DNA of 64,000 bases from contig CAVTHS010000002.1 in NCBI GenBank assembly GCA_963734535.1, forward strand, positions 229,551-293,550, written 5' to 3'. The translations under genes and the position numbers were made by a program. Positions within the stretch are counted from its first letter, which is position 1. Each line of letters opens with the position of its first letter. Source of the stretch: an uncultured Chloroflexia bacterium. GTDB taxonomy: Bacteria; Chloroflexota; Limnocylindria; Limnocylindrales; CSP1-4. Below the pieces are notes generated by a model. That model saw only the letters and a list, made by a program, of their open reading frames with translations. It did no database searches and had not been told where the DNA came from. Of this stretch, positions 40,070-50,451 are shown in pieces.

Positions 40070-41539
40070 TCACGACGCGACCTGCCGCCGTTCGGCTGGC
40101 CGTGCCGGCCCCCCCGGTACGCCCTGCGAAGCGCCGTCGACGTGCTGCGGCAGGTCGCTTGGGCCGATGTTCTGGTTGGCGTTGAACACGTTGGACGCGT
40201 CGTACTGCCGCTTGATCTCGGCGAGCCGAGCGTAGGTTGCCGGCGGGTACGCGGCCCGAAGCCTCGCCTCGCCCTCGTCGCCGAGGAAGTTCGCGTAGGC
40301 GGGCGCGTCGCGCAATCCGAGCGCATCCGCGTATTCCTGGGTCCAGGCGGCGTGCCGGTCACCGTCGACCACATCCGCGAACGGCGTGATGACGCTCAGC
40401 ATGATCGGGCAGTCCCGGTGCGCGAACGCCGTCGCGTCGGCCGGGATCCGGGCCATCGCACCGCCGAGAACGCGGATCTGGGTCATCGCCGCCGGCGAGC
40501 TCGGCGACGCCATTCGCTCCAGGATCGTGTCCACGATCGCGTCCTCGAGGGACTCGAGGAGGAGCGAGCGGGTGACGTTCGGGGAGCGCCGCTCGGCCTC
40601 GGCCGTGAGCGCGTAGATGTCCGGGTACGGCATCGGGCGGACCATGTCGGCGATGGGGGTCGCCAGCGCCCGGAAGGGGGCCAGCGCGCGCTGGCCCGCC
40701 TCGAGGTCGCCGGCGTGGACCACGAGGATCGCGATCATGGGACGGCCGTGCGCCTCGGATGGGATGAACGGGAGCGGCGGTGCGGACATCAGCGACGCGA
40801 TCACGGTGAGCTCGTCGGGGGCGCTCGCCGCGATCGGCACGATGCCGCAGAGCACGTCGCGGGTCGCGGGCAGGAAGAGCGCGCCGGCCGTGACGACATC
40901 GACCGGGTGGAGGCGATACTGCAGGCGCGTCACGATCCCGAAGTTGCCGCCGCCGCCCCGCACGGCCCAGAACAGGTCGGGGTTGGACGTGTCGCTGGCG
41001 ACGAGCAGGTCGCCGTCCGCGGTGACGATCTCGACCGCAGCCAGCGAATCGATCGTCAGGCCGTGCTTCCGGGTCAGGAACCCGATCCCGCCACCAAGGG
41101 TGATTCCGGCGATCCCGACCGAGGCGGTATCACCGAACGGGGTCGCGAGGCCGTGGGCCGCTGCGGCGCGAGTGTATTCGCCGGCCGTGACGCCGGCCTC
41201 CGCCCAGGCGAGCCGTTGTTCGGGATCGATCTCCACGCCGCGCATCTCCGCGAAGTCCACCATGACGGCGTCGTCCGCGACCGCGTGGCCGGCCAGGCTG
41301 TGGCCGCCGCCGCGGACCGTGAGCCTGAGGCCTGCGTGGCGAGCGAACGCGATCGTCCGCGCGACGTCCGCGGCGCTCCCGACCCGGACGACGAGGGCCG
41401 GGCGGCGGTCGTGCACGGCGTTGTGGACCTGCCGCGCGACGTCGTACTCCGCGTCACCGGGCTCGATGACGCGCCCCGCGAGACCGGCGCGCAGCGCGTC
41501 GAGGGACGGGACGGATTCGGCGGAAAAGGACGCGGTCAT
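40070..41539 (-). CDS. FAD-binding oxidoreductase (VAO/berberine-bridge family)
   Basis: VRGGGHS, GITLGGGIG, FWAVRGGGGNFGIVT, RLAEIKRQYD; AAGGAG RBS. Confidence 0.9.
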   Translation of the reverse strand: MTASFSAESVPSLDALRAGLAGRVIEPGDAEYDVARQVHNAVHDRRPALVVRVGSAADVARTIAFARHAGLRLTVRGGGHSLAGHAVADDAVMVDFAEMRGVEIDPEQRLAWAEAGVTAGEYTRAAAAHGLATPFGDTASVGIAGITLGGGIGFLTRKHGLTIDSLAAVEIVTADGDLLVASDTSNPDLFWAVRGGGGNFGIVTRLQYRLHPVDVVTAGALFLPATRDVLCGIVPIAASAPDELTVIASLMSAPPLPFIPSEAHGRPMIAILVVHAGDLEAGQRALAPFRALATPIADMVRPMPYPDIYALTAEAERRSPNVTRSLLLESLEDAIVDTILERMASPSSPAAMTQIRVLGGAMARIPADATAFAHRDCPIMLSVITPFADVVDGDRHAAWTQEYADALGLRDAPAYANFLGDEGEARLRAAYPPATYARLAEIKRQYDASNVFNANQNIGPSDLPQHVDGASQGVPGGPARPAERRQVAS

Positions 41540-41695
41540 CGGGGGCTCCTTGGTCGGTCGATGCGGGATGCCCGAAGCGTACCGGCGCCGCCCCACCAGC
41601 GCTGCCGACGAACGCCCGACGTGCGCCATCGACGAATGCCAGCGTCGGCGCCGCCGTTCGTGGCTACCGGCGCAGGATCGGGCCACAATAGGCCG

Positions 41696-42358
41696 ATGGT
41701 CCAGCCTCCCGAGACTCGCCCGAATGCGGTTCGCTCCGCGGTCGTCTTCGACCTTGGCGGCGTCCTGATCGACTGGGACCCGCGGCTCCTGTATCGGACG
41801 ATGTTCGGCGGGGACGAGGCCGCGATGGAGGTGTTCCTCGCCACCGTCTGCACGCCGGAGTGGAATGCGCGCCAGGACGCCGGCCGGCCGTTTGTCGAAG
41901 GCGTGGCCCGGCTCGTGGAGGACTTCCCCTCGGAGCGGGAGCGCATCGTGGCGTTTCACGAACGCTGGCCGGAGACCCTCGGCGAGCAGATCCCGGGAAC
42001 GGTCGCGCTTCTGAACGAGCTGCATGAACGGGCCGTGCCGCTCTACGCGCTCAGCAACTGGTCCGCGGAGACGTTCCCGATCGCCCGGGCGCGCTTCCCG
42101 TTCCTGGGGCAGTTCGAGGGGATCGTCATCTCCGGGGAGGAGCGCGTCTCCAAGCCCGACCCTCGCCTCTACCAGGTCCTCTTCGATCGCTACCGGCTGG
42201 ATCCGCGCACCGCCGTGTTCATCGACGACGCACCCCGGAATGTCGAGGTCGCCGCCGGGCTGGGGATGCTGGGGCTGCAGTTCGCCGGAGCGGCGCCACT
42301 GCGCACCGCGCTCCAGGCGATCGGGCTCCTCGACGGATCGGTCACCGCTGCCGGATAG
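41696..42358 (+). CDS. HAD-family hydrolase
   Basis: VFDLGGV, ALSN, KPDPRLY, FIDD. Confidence 0.88.
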   Translation: MVQPPETRPNAVRSAVVFDLGGVLIDWDPRLLYRTMFGGDEAAMEVFLATVCTPEWNARQDAGRPFVEGVARLVEDFPSERERIVAFHERWPETLGEQIPGTVALLNELHERAVPLYALSNWSAETFPIARARFPFLGQFEGIVISGEERVSKPDPRLYQVLFDRYRLDPRTAVFIDDAPRNVEVAAGLGMLGLQFAGAAPLRTALQAIGLLDGSVTAAG

Positions 42359-42393
42359 GCCACCGCACCGAGGCGGCCTGCGCGGCGGCTCGT

Positions 42394-43153
42394 TCAGGAT
42401 CGGACGGACAGGGACGTGAAGAGCGCCTCCAGGACCGTGCTGAAGAGGTCGGTCTGGGTGTCCCGGCAGGTGAACGTGAGGACCGCGGCGCGCCCGTCCG
42501 GCATCGGGACGATCATCTGACTGCCCGCCAGCGCGGAACCCTTCATCGTGTAGCGGTACGCACCGACGAACCCGCCGACGGTCCCCGGCCCGTCCGGCGT
42601 CCAGGGCTGGTACGCGAGCGCCGACGCGAGGCCGTATTCCTTCGTGATGGATGCGGCCTGGCCCGCGATCCACGCCTCGATCCCGCTCACGGGCGCGTCC
42701 ACCCACGTGACGTTGAGGTTCGGCGTGAAGCCGTTCACAGCGTTCTCGGCATCGAAGGCGAAGAGCGAGACGCCCCCGGTCGACATGTCGTCCGCAACGG
42801 CCGCGGCCGAGTCCGTGGATACCTCCGGATGGGCCGCTCGCCACGTCGCGAATGAAGACTCGCTCGCGATGTCGCGTGCCGTGATGGTGATCCAGCCGGC
42901 TGGGACCTCCGCGAACAGCTCGTCCGTGCCGGCGACGTCGGCGATCGACGTCGTGACGGTGTCGGCGGCGGCGGATGGGATCGGCGTCGATTCGAGCGTG
43001 GCGGTTGCCACCGGGGTCGCGATCGGGGTCGGTGCGGGCGTCGCGGGCGGGGGTGTGCTCGGGCGCGACGGTCGGCGCCGGGCTTGCCCCACCGCCACAG
43101 GCCGTCAGGACCAGCAACGCGACCGTGGCACATGAGCTGAGCCGGCGAAGCAT
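42394..43153 (-). CDS. Putative lipoprotein (frameshift near 43062)
   Basis: MLRRLSSCATVALLVLTAC lipobox; Pro/Thr linker and globular domain in the 42394..43098 frame; one extra C in GCCCG. Confidence 0.65.
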
Positions 43154-43419
43154 CGGACGTGGACCTCTCGGATGGCCCCGGCGACGATCCGGCGCCGGGA
43201 AGGATGGACGGTGGCGTGCGGCGGGACGCGCACCCGGATCCTTCCACCGCGGCGGGCTGCCCGGCGATGGTCCCTTCGTCGCCTCCACGCCGCCAGAGGG
43301 CCTACGCCGGTCCCGAGCGAATGCCGCCTGTCTCTGGCCGGAGGCACCGCATCGCCGCCCCAAGCGGTGTCGCCGCCCCGAGCTGCATCGCGCGTCAGGA
43401 CCCGGTTGATCCCGGACAA

Positions 43420-43510
43420 GCGCCTGCCCCGGTGTCGGAGGGAGATTCGGCGACACCGGGGCAGGAAGGAGGGGAGGATTCGATTCGAGGCGGGACCGGC
43501 GCGGTCCCTG
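43420..43510 (-). ncRNA. Candidate structured RNA: two hairpins with CU-rich, anti-SD-like single-stranded parts
   Basis: Perfect 15-bp stem 43423-43437/43451-43465; 7-bp stem 43492-43508; minus strand reads UCCUCCCCUCCUU between stems and AUCUCCCUC in the loop. Confidence 0.35.
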
Positions 43511-43672
43511 TGCCGTGGTGGAGTGTCGCGCCGCCGATCCGTCGCGTCATTACGGGGCGTCATGATCGATCGGCCCACGGCCTGTCAGACCGAAGCCGAT
43601 CGGCCCGGGGCCGGTCGTTCGACCGCAATACCGGCCGGAGTGCGCACGACCAACCGCGCCGACAGTTCGTGC

Positions 43673-44044
43673 ATGACGGCCTGTCATGACAGCCCGCACG
43701 CCGGCGAACCGTCGCTGTCGGCGCTCCTCCGCTCCGCCGCGCTCGACCCGGAGCGGGCCGTCCGCGAGTACCGCGACGAGGCACGGGTCGCCGCCCGGAG
43801 CCACGCGATCCTCGACGCGTTCTCGTACCGTCGCCTCCTGGCGCGCTGCCGACGCTACCAGCTGGCCGCGCTGCTCGTCGAGGAACGCTGCGGCGCGTGC
43901 GCCCAGCCATGCGTCCCTGCCCCGTCCGGGTTCGGTCCCGGGATCCTCGAGCGAAGGCTCGAGGGCGAACCCCGCGCGGAGAGGCGCCCGGGCGCCCGGC
44001 GACTCGACGACCGCCTCGGCCGCCCGGCGCTGGCCCCCGCCTGA
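43673..44044 (+). CDS. Hypothetical protein with CxxCxxxC cluster
   Basis: 3' part of ORF 43172..44044; helical-looking, CGACAQPC; no clear RBS. Confidence 0.4.
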   Translation: MTACHDSPHAGEPSLSALLRSAALDPERAVREYRDEARVAARSHAILDAFSYRRLLARCRRYQLAALLVEERCGACAQPCVPAPSGFGPGILERRLEGEPRAERRPGARRLDDRLGRPALAPA

Positions 44045-45232
44045 TCACCCCGACTCGACGGTCGCCAGGTCGAATGGGCGGATACGCCACGTCAGGACGA
44101 GGACCGCCCCGACGATCGTGGCGAGGGCGAGGAACCCCGCCGTGAAGCTCCCGGTCGCGTCGAGCAGGGTTCCGACGAGGGGAGGTCCGAAGATCGCGGT
44201 GAGGAGGCCGCCCCACCCCACGAACGCCTGGGCCGAGGCGGGGCTCATTGGAGCGCTCGCGGCGGCCCCGTTGAAGACGGCCGCGTACGGGAACCCGACG
44301 CCGAGGCCCGTGACGATGAGGCCCGCGATCGCGACCGGCAGCGTCGGCGCCAGCGCGACCATCGTGAGGCCGGCGGCGGCGAGCGCGAGCCCGGCCCGGA
44401 CGAGGCGGACCGGCCCGAGGCCGGCCTCGAGGATCGCGCCGCCCGATGCGCGCGAGACGATTCCCGTGACCAGCGTCAGCGAGCCGAGCAGGCCGGCTGC
44501 CGCGAGCGAGAGCCGGAAGGCGTCCTCCAGGTAGAGCGTGACCCACGTGCTGACCACGATCGCCATCCCGAAGCCGCACATGTGGCTCAGGGCAAGCAGC
44601 CAGGTGTTGCGCTCGCGAAGCGCGAGGACCAGTGCATCCAGCGCCCCGCTGCTGGCCGGCGTCCGGGGCTCACCCGGGGCCAGGAGGGTCCATACCACCC
44701 AGGCCCCCGTCACCGCGACCGCCGAGAGCGTGAAGGCGAGCCGCCAGTCGCCAGATGGGCCGGCCAGGATCGGGATGTAGGCAAGGGTGATCCCGGAACC
44801 GAGCAGGAACGCCGCGCCGTAGAGGCCCTGCGCCAGGTGCCGGCCGCGATCGTCGAAGATCGAGCGCGTGTACGCGGCGCCGGCAGCGAACCCGAAGCCC
44901 GATCCGAGGCCGCCCAGGACGCGCCACGCGAGGAGAGCCGGGAACGTCGGCGCCAGGAGGCCCGTGCCGAGATTGCCGATCGCCACGAGCAGGAACCCCA
45001 GGGTCACCGCAGGCCGCGTGCCGATCCGATCCGCGATGGCGCCGCCGGCCAGCATCGTGGACGCGGCCCCCGCGAAGAACGCGGTGGCGATGGCGCCCGC
45101 ATCCGCGGATGACAGGCCGAACTCGGCCCGGATCAGCCCGAGGACCGGGCCCTGGATCGTGTAGTTCGTGGCCACCGCGACGGCGACGGTGCAGATGAGC
45201 AGGAGCGCTCTCCGGCGCGACGTGGCTGGCAT
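44045..45232 (-). CDS. MFS transporter
   Basis: About 12 TM segments; GAIADRIGTR motif A. Confidence 0.85.
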   Translation of the reverse strand: MPATSRRRALLLICTVAVAVATNYTIQGPVLGLIRAEFGLSSADAGAIATAFFAGAASTMLAGGAIADRIGTRPAVTLGFLLVAIGNLGTGLLAPTFPALLAWRVLGGLGSGFGFAAGAAYTRSIFDDRGRHLAQGLYGAAFLLGSGITLAYIPILAGPSGDWRLAFTLSAVAVTGAWVVWTLLAPGEPRTPASSGALDALVLALRERNTWLLALSHMCGFGMAIVVSTWVTLYLEDAFRLSLAAAGLLGSLTLVTGIVSRASGGAILEAGLGPVRLVRAGLALAAAGLTMVALAPTLPVAIAGLIVTGLGVGFPYAAVFNGAAASAPMSPASAQAFVGWGGLLTAIFGPPLVGTLLDATGSFTAGFLALATIVGAVLVLTWRIRPFDLATVESG

Positions 45233-45438
45233 CCCGCGAACTGTAGCGGCGCCGAGCTCCGGCGGCGGCCCCAGCCAGCGACCACGGCGTCGGGCTGCAC
45301 CCCGCCGCGACGGCGCGATGGCAGGCTGCGACGATGCACGACTCCGGGATCCGGGCGCGAAGGGACCGGAGTCCCGCCCATCGTCCGTTGATCGACGGTA
45401 TCCTCGATCCGAAGACGCTGAAAGGGAGAAGGATCGTC

Positions 45439-45915
45439 ATGATCAGCGACGAGGTCCGCGACCTGCTCATTGCCCAGGTCGGGAACGAGCTCAACGCCCA
45501 CCAGGCCTACTACGGGATCTCGCTCTATTTCGAGGCGCAGAGCCTCAAGAAGTGGGCGGCGGTGTTCCGCGCCCAGTCGGTCGAGGAGGCCCAGCACGCG
45601 TCGAAGATCATCACCTTCCTCGTCGACAACGGGGTGCCATTCGAGCTGCCCGCCCTCGGACCCGGGACCACCCGGTATGCCTCGGCGCGGGAGGCGGTCC
45701 GCGCCGCCCTCGAGAGCGAGCTCCGCGTCACCGGCCAGTTCGATGCGCTCGCCAGCGCTGCGCAGACGGCCGTCGATCACCGCAGCCTCCAGTTCCTCCA
45801 GTGGTTCATCGAGGAGCAGGTCGAGGAGGAGCGCACGATGCGCGAGCTGCTCGACCTGATCGACAGCGGGATCAACCTCTTCCTCGCCGAGCAGCTGCTC
45901 GAGGGGAAGGCATAG
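45439..45915 (+). CDS. Ferritin
   Basis: ELNAHQAY, EEAQH, E..VT, FLQWFIEEQVEEE ferroxidase residues. Confidence 0.9.
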   Translation: MISDEVRDLLIAQVGNELNAHQAYYGISLYFEAQSLKKWAAVFRAQSVEEAQHASKIITFLVDNGVPFELPALGPGTTRYASAREAVRAALESELRVTGQFDALASAAQTAVDHRSLQFLQWFIEEQVEEERTMRELLDLIDSGINLFLAEQLLEGKA

Positions 45916-46106
45916 CCGGACTCCCGGGGGGTCCATCGGGCCCCGGCCGGGCCCTCGCCGACAGATCGGTGCCGCACGCACGTCCACCCATGCCCCATTG
46001 AACCCTCGCAGGAGGACGGCCGGTCGTTGCGGGCGTGCTCTCGGGCCACATGTCAGACTGGCGGGTCCCAGCGTTCCACCTCTCACGCCCCGGAGATCGC
46101 CCGATC

Positions 46107-46565
46107 ATGAGCAGCACCGTCTACCTATCCGCGAGCGGCATCGTGAGCGTCCATGCCGAGCTCGAGCAGCTCACAACCGTCGAGCGGCCCGTCGTCATCG
46201 CCCGGATCGCCGCGGCGCGCGAGCTCGGCGACCTCCGGGAGAACGCGGAGTACGAGACGGCCCGCAAGGAGCAGTCGATCCTCGAAGGGCGAATCAACCA
46301 GCTGACGGTGCTGCTGCGCGATGCCGTCCAGATCGAAGGCTCATCGACGACCCACGTGAGCCTCGGCACGACGGTCACGGTCGAGGACGATCAGGGCGAG
46401 GAGACATACACGATCGTGGGCAGCCACGAGGCCGCCCCCGCCGACGGGCGCATCAGCAGCACGTCGCCCGTGGGCAGGGCGCTCATGGGCGCGCGTGCCG
46501 GCGACCGGGTGATCGTCGCCGCCCCGAGTGGCGCCTTCGGGCTGCGAATCCTCTCCCTGGCCTGA
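46107..46565 (+). CDS. greA: Transcription elongation factor GreA
   Basis: GDLRENAEYETAR, YTIVGSHEA...ISSTSPVGRAL. Confidence 0.9.
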   Translation: MSSTVYLSASGIVSVHAELEQLTTVERPVVIARIAAARELGDLRENAEYETARKEQSILEGRINQLTVLLRDAVQIEGSSTTHVSLGTTVTVEDDQGEETYTIVGSHEAAPADGRISSTSPVGRALMGARAGDRVIVAAPSGAFGLRILSLA

Positions 46566-46568
46566 CTC

Positions 46569-47073
46569 TTACCGAGCAGTCTGCCGTGCGCGGCGCATCG
46601 ACAGTCCCGCGCCCAGGACGCCGGCCAGCACGATGACGAGGATCACCGGAAGACGGAGCGCCGGCCGGGTCGCGGACGGGATCCCGCTGCGGCGCGGCAT
46701 CGGTCGGGGGCGGACTCTGGATGCCGCCACCGGCTCCGCCCGCCGTCTCGACCGCGACGACCTGGGTGGTCGCGGTGCGCTGCCCCGAGGTGGCCACGAG
46801 CGTGTAGGCGCCGCCGCGACCGGGACCGGCATCGATGGTCGTGGTGAAGGAGCCGGCTGCATCGGCCGTGAGCGTTCGCGTCTCGTCCGGGTGGCTGTCC
46901 CGCTGGATCACCAGCGTGACGTCGATCGAGGCCGGGAAGCCCGAACCGGCGACGTCGATCTCCCGGCCGGGGACGACGGTGGCCTGGAGCTCGGGTCCCG
47001 CGGCGGCAACGGTCGCGGGGAGGACGAGCAGGGTCGCGAGGACCAGGAGCGCGAAGGGGACGCGGCGGGACAT
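46569..47073 (-). CDS. Small secreted protein with C-terminal PPPTD, TM and basic tail (frameshift near 46650-46700)
   Basis: Signal peptide and Ig-like body; TM LPVILVIVLAGVLGAGLSMRRAR lies in the adjacent frame. Confidence 0.55.
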
Positions 47074-47246
47074 CGTGCGTTCCTCGGTGCGGTTGGAGCT
47101 GGATGGACGCCGGACGCGCCCAAGCCCGGTTCGGTTCCCTGTCGGGAATCACGTCCGGCACGTCGCCCGGCGGCTCGCTAGGCTTCCAGGATCGAACGAC
47201 GGGCCGCCGCTGCGAAGCCCCGATTGCCTGGAGGAGGCGCGCGTCG

Positions 47247-48178
47247 ATGAGCGGAATCGGTGGATACGGGGGACGTCGCCTCGCGACGATGCTCGGGCCG
47301 GCGGGGGTCTGGAGCTGGGCGCTGCAGCGGCTGGGAGCGAGCGACGCGGGAGCGGCCGCCCGTGGGCTCGAGGCGATCGGCTATCCCGCCGTCTGGATCC
47401 CCGAGACGCTCGGCAACAAGGAGGTCTTCAGCCACGCGGCGGTCCTCCTCGCGGCGACGCAGCGGATCGCCGTCGCCTCGGGCATCGCCAACATCCATGC
47501 CCGCGACCCGATGGCGATGGCCAACGGCGCGAGGACGCTCGGCGAGGCCTATCCGGGCCGCTTCATCCTCGGCATCGGCGTCAGCCACGCGCCCTCGGTC
47601 GCGACCCGCGGCGGCACGTACGGGCCGCCGCTCGAGACGATGCGCGCCTACCTGGACGCGATGGCCGCCGCCCCGTACGGCGCGCCGGAGCCCGCAGCCG
47701 CCCGTCCCGGTCGTGCTCGCGGCGCTCGGGCCACGCATGCTCGAGCTCGCCGCCGAGCGCGCCGATGGCGCGCACCCCTACTTCGTCCCGGTCGAGCACG
47801 CAGCCTTTGCCCGCCGGCATCTCGGCCCGGAGCCGTGCCTCGTCGTGGAGCAGACGGCCGTGCTCACCACGGACCCCGTCGAGGGGCGCCGGATCGCGCG
47901 CGCCTTCGCGAAGAACTACCTCGCCCTTCCGAACTACGCGAACAACCTGCGGCGCCTCGGCTGGGGCGACGAGGACCTCGCCGGGACCGGGAGCGACCGC
48001 CTGATCGACGCGGTCATCGTCTGTGGCGACGTCGACGCGATCGTCGGGCGGGTCCGGGCCCACCTCGACGCCGGGGCCGACAACGTGTGCCTCCAGCTGC
48101 GGTCCGATTCATCGTCGGACCCGGCCCTCGGCGCCCTCGCGGAGATCGGCGCCGCGCTCCTCGGAGACGGGACACTAG
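47247..48178 (+). CDS. LLM-class probable F420-dependent oxidoreductase (frameshift near 47692, probably a second near 48170)
   Basis: VWIPE, ASGIANI, RFILGIGVSHAP then VVLAALGPRMLELAAERADGAHPY...LPNYANNL; end inferred from a TAG one base out of frame. Confidence 0.78.
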
Positions 48179-48261
48179 GTCGGCCCGGCCAGCGGGCTCG
48201 GGAGGCCAGGGCCATCTGGCGCTCGGCGCGGCCAGTCTCGCGCGGACGCGCCGACCCAGCG

Positions 48262-49204
48262 TCAGGTTCCGGCAAGCCGCTCCACCACCCGGGCCAGCTC
48301 GTCGATGTCGCCGACCATGAACGACGAGATGCCCAGGCGTTCGCGGAGCACACGGAACTTCTCCACCAGCCCGTCGATCGTGCCGACGAAGATGTGCGGC
48401 GCCTCGAGGACGTCATCGACGGTCAGGTCGACCGCGGTCCGGCCGCGCAGGTGCTCCACGACCCGGGTCGCCTCGCCACGCGGGTCCGCCGTGACGGTGA
48501 TCGGCCAGCCGGACGGGTAGACGTTGAAGACCAGGTCGTCGAAGCGGTCGCCGGCGGCCTCCCGCACCCACGCGATCTTCTCCGCCGTCGCGGCCACGGT
48601 CAGCGAGCTCGGGTCCGAGCGCTGGCCGGACAGGATCCGTGGCGCCAGGCCCACGATGTCCGCCTCGCGGCCGGCCAGCGCGAGCGTCCGTCGCCCGCCG
48701 CCGCCGATCAGGAACGGCGGATGCGGCCGCTGGACCGGCTTCGGGTGGCCGTCCAGGTCCCGAATCGTGTAGTGCTCGCCGGCGAACGCAGAATGGACCG
48801 TCGCCGAAGCAGCCCTTCAGGACGGCGACGGCCTCCTCCAGGCGCGCCTGGCGGACCGGCGTCGGATCGAACGACAGCCCGATCGCGTCGTATTCGGGTC
48901 GGTTCCAGCCGGCCCCGATCGCCACGTCCAGGCGGCCGCCGCTGAGCACGTCCAGGCTGGCGAGGTCCTGCGCGAGCACGGCCGGGTGGCGCAGGTCGTT
49001 GTTGTGCACGAACGCCGCGATCCGCAGGCGCTCGGTCGCGGCCGCGATCGTGGCGAGGGCGGGGATCGGCGAGAGCTGCTCGATCAGGTGATCAGGGACG
49101 ACGAGGGCGGTGAAGCCCATCGCCTCTGCGCGCCGGGCCTCCGCGGCCAGGGCGGCGCCGTCCATGACGGCCTGGATCGAGGCAAGAAACGTGAACGGTC
49201 GCAT
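48262..49204 (-). CDS. LLM-class probable F420-dependent oxidoreductase (frameshift near 48790)
   Basis: VVPDHL, NNDLRHPAVLAQDLASLDVLSGGRL, GAGW; then PKPVQRPHPPFLIGGGG in the next frame. Confidence 0.82.
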
Positions 49205-49326
49205 CGCGGAAGCCTACCCCGCGTCGACGGCCATGACGTGCCTGGCGTCATCGGCCTGCGACCGGGCGGCGACGCCTGCGGAAGGCGCCCGATCCGGCCG
49301 AGCGAGTGCCCAACGCAGGGGGGAAC

Positions 49327-50353
49327 CTACGGAGCCGCGGAGGGAGACGGGCTGGGCGCCGTCTGGCCGAGCAGCGACTTGAGATCGAAGATCGTGCCGT
49401 TGCCCGACGGCAGGAGCATGACCGAGATCTTGTCGCTCAGCTTCTGGATGTACTGGTACTGGAGGATCTTGTCGCTCAGGGAGGCGTTGAGCGTGGCGTT
49501 GGCTGTGCCTGACCGTTGGCGAGCTGGATGGTCGCCTGGCCTGGCCCTTGGCCAGGGTGACGTTGGCGTCCGCCTGGCCCTGGGCGGCGGCCACCGCCTG
49601 CTGTGCCTGGATCTGCTTCTGGGCCAGGATCTGCTGCTCGGTCTGGACCTGCTGCTGCGCCACCTGCTTGTCTTCGATGGCACCCTGGAAGGCGTCCGAG
49701 AACGCGATGTTCGCGATGTAGATGTCGTCCACGACGATGTGGTACTGGGACAGGTTGGCGGCGAGCTGCGTCTTGGCGAGCGAGCGGATCTCGTCGCGCT
49801 TGGCAAGGATGTCGTTGACCGAGTAGTCGGGCACGACGGTCTTGATGAAATCGTTGAAGGCCGGGTCGATGATCTTGGCCGCGAAATCCGTGCCCACGCG
49901 CTGGTAGAGGTCAGAGGCGAACTGGCCGTCGATGTGGTAGTTCATCGTGCCGGTGAGCTTGACCGTCTGGAGCTCCTTGGAGGCGGCATCGATCTCCTGG
50001 AACTGGTGCGGCTGCACCCGTGTGTCGACGTTCACGACCTGCTGGACGATCGGCATGATCACGTGGAGGCCGGGCTGTAGCGTGCCGACCTGGACCTGGC
50101 CGAAGTTGGTGGCGACGCCGACGTTGCCCGCCGGGACCTCGACGAACGGGCCGGAGATCCCGATCACGAGCACGGCGAAGCCGAGGATCGAGCCGGCGAC
50201 GCCTCGGACGAGATGACTCCTCGGAACCGCCCGGTCGTCCCGCCCTCGACTGACCGCCGCCGCGGTGCGGCTGATCGGCATCACGATCCCCAGCCCGACG
50301 CTGAGCAGCAGGATCAGGATGCCGAACAGGATCACGAACAGGTTGAGCATCAC
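49327..50353 (-). CDS. SPFH/prohibitin family membrane protein (two 1-nt deletions near 49502 and 49538)
   Basis: VPAGNVGV...PGLH, SKELQTV, FSDAFQGAIEDKQVAQQ; restoring two bases gives AQATIQLANGQAQANATLNASLSDKILQYQYIQKL. Confidence 0.82.
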
Positions 50354-50451
50354 GGCGGGTCTCCTCAGGGTCGATGGTCCATCCTAGCGCCGCGGCGCCG
50401 GCGATTCCGGGTTGCGCCGGGGCCGGGGACCCGGCGGGACGAAGCCGGGGC

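Noticed and set aside
40070-43456. 1128-aa ORF
   Set aside because: Stop-free run joining a lipoprotein start, the antisense of the HAD gene and the real oxidoreductase starting at 41539
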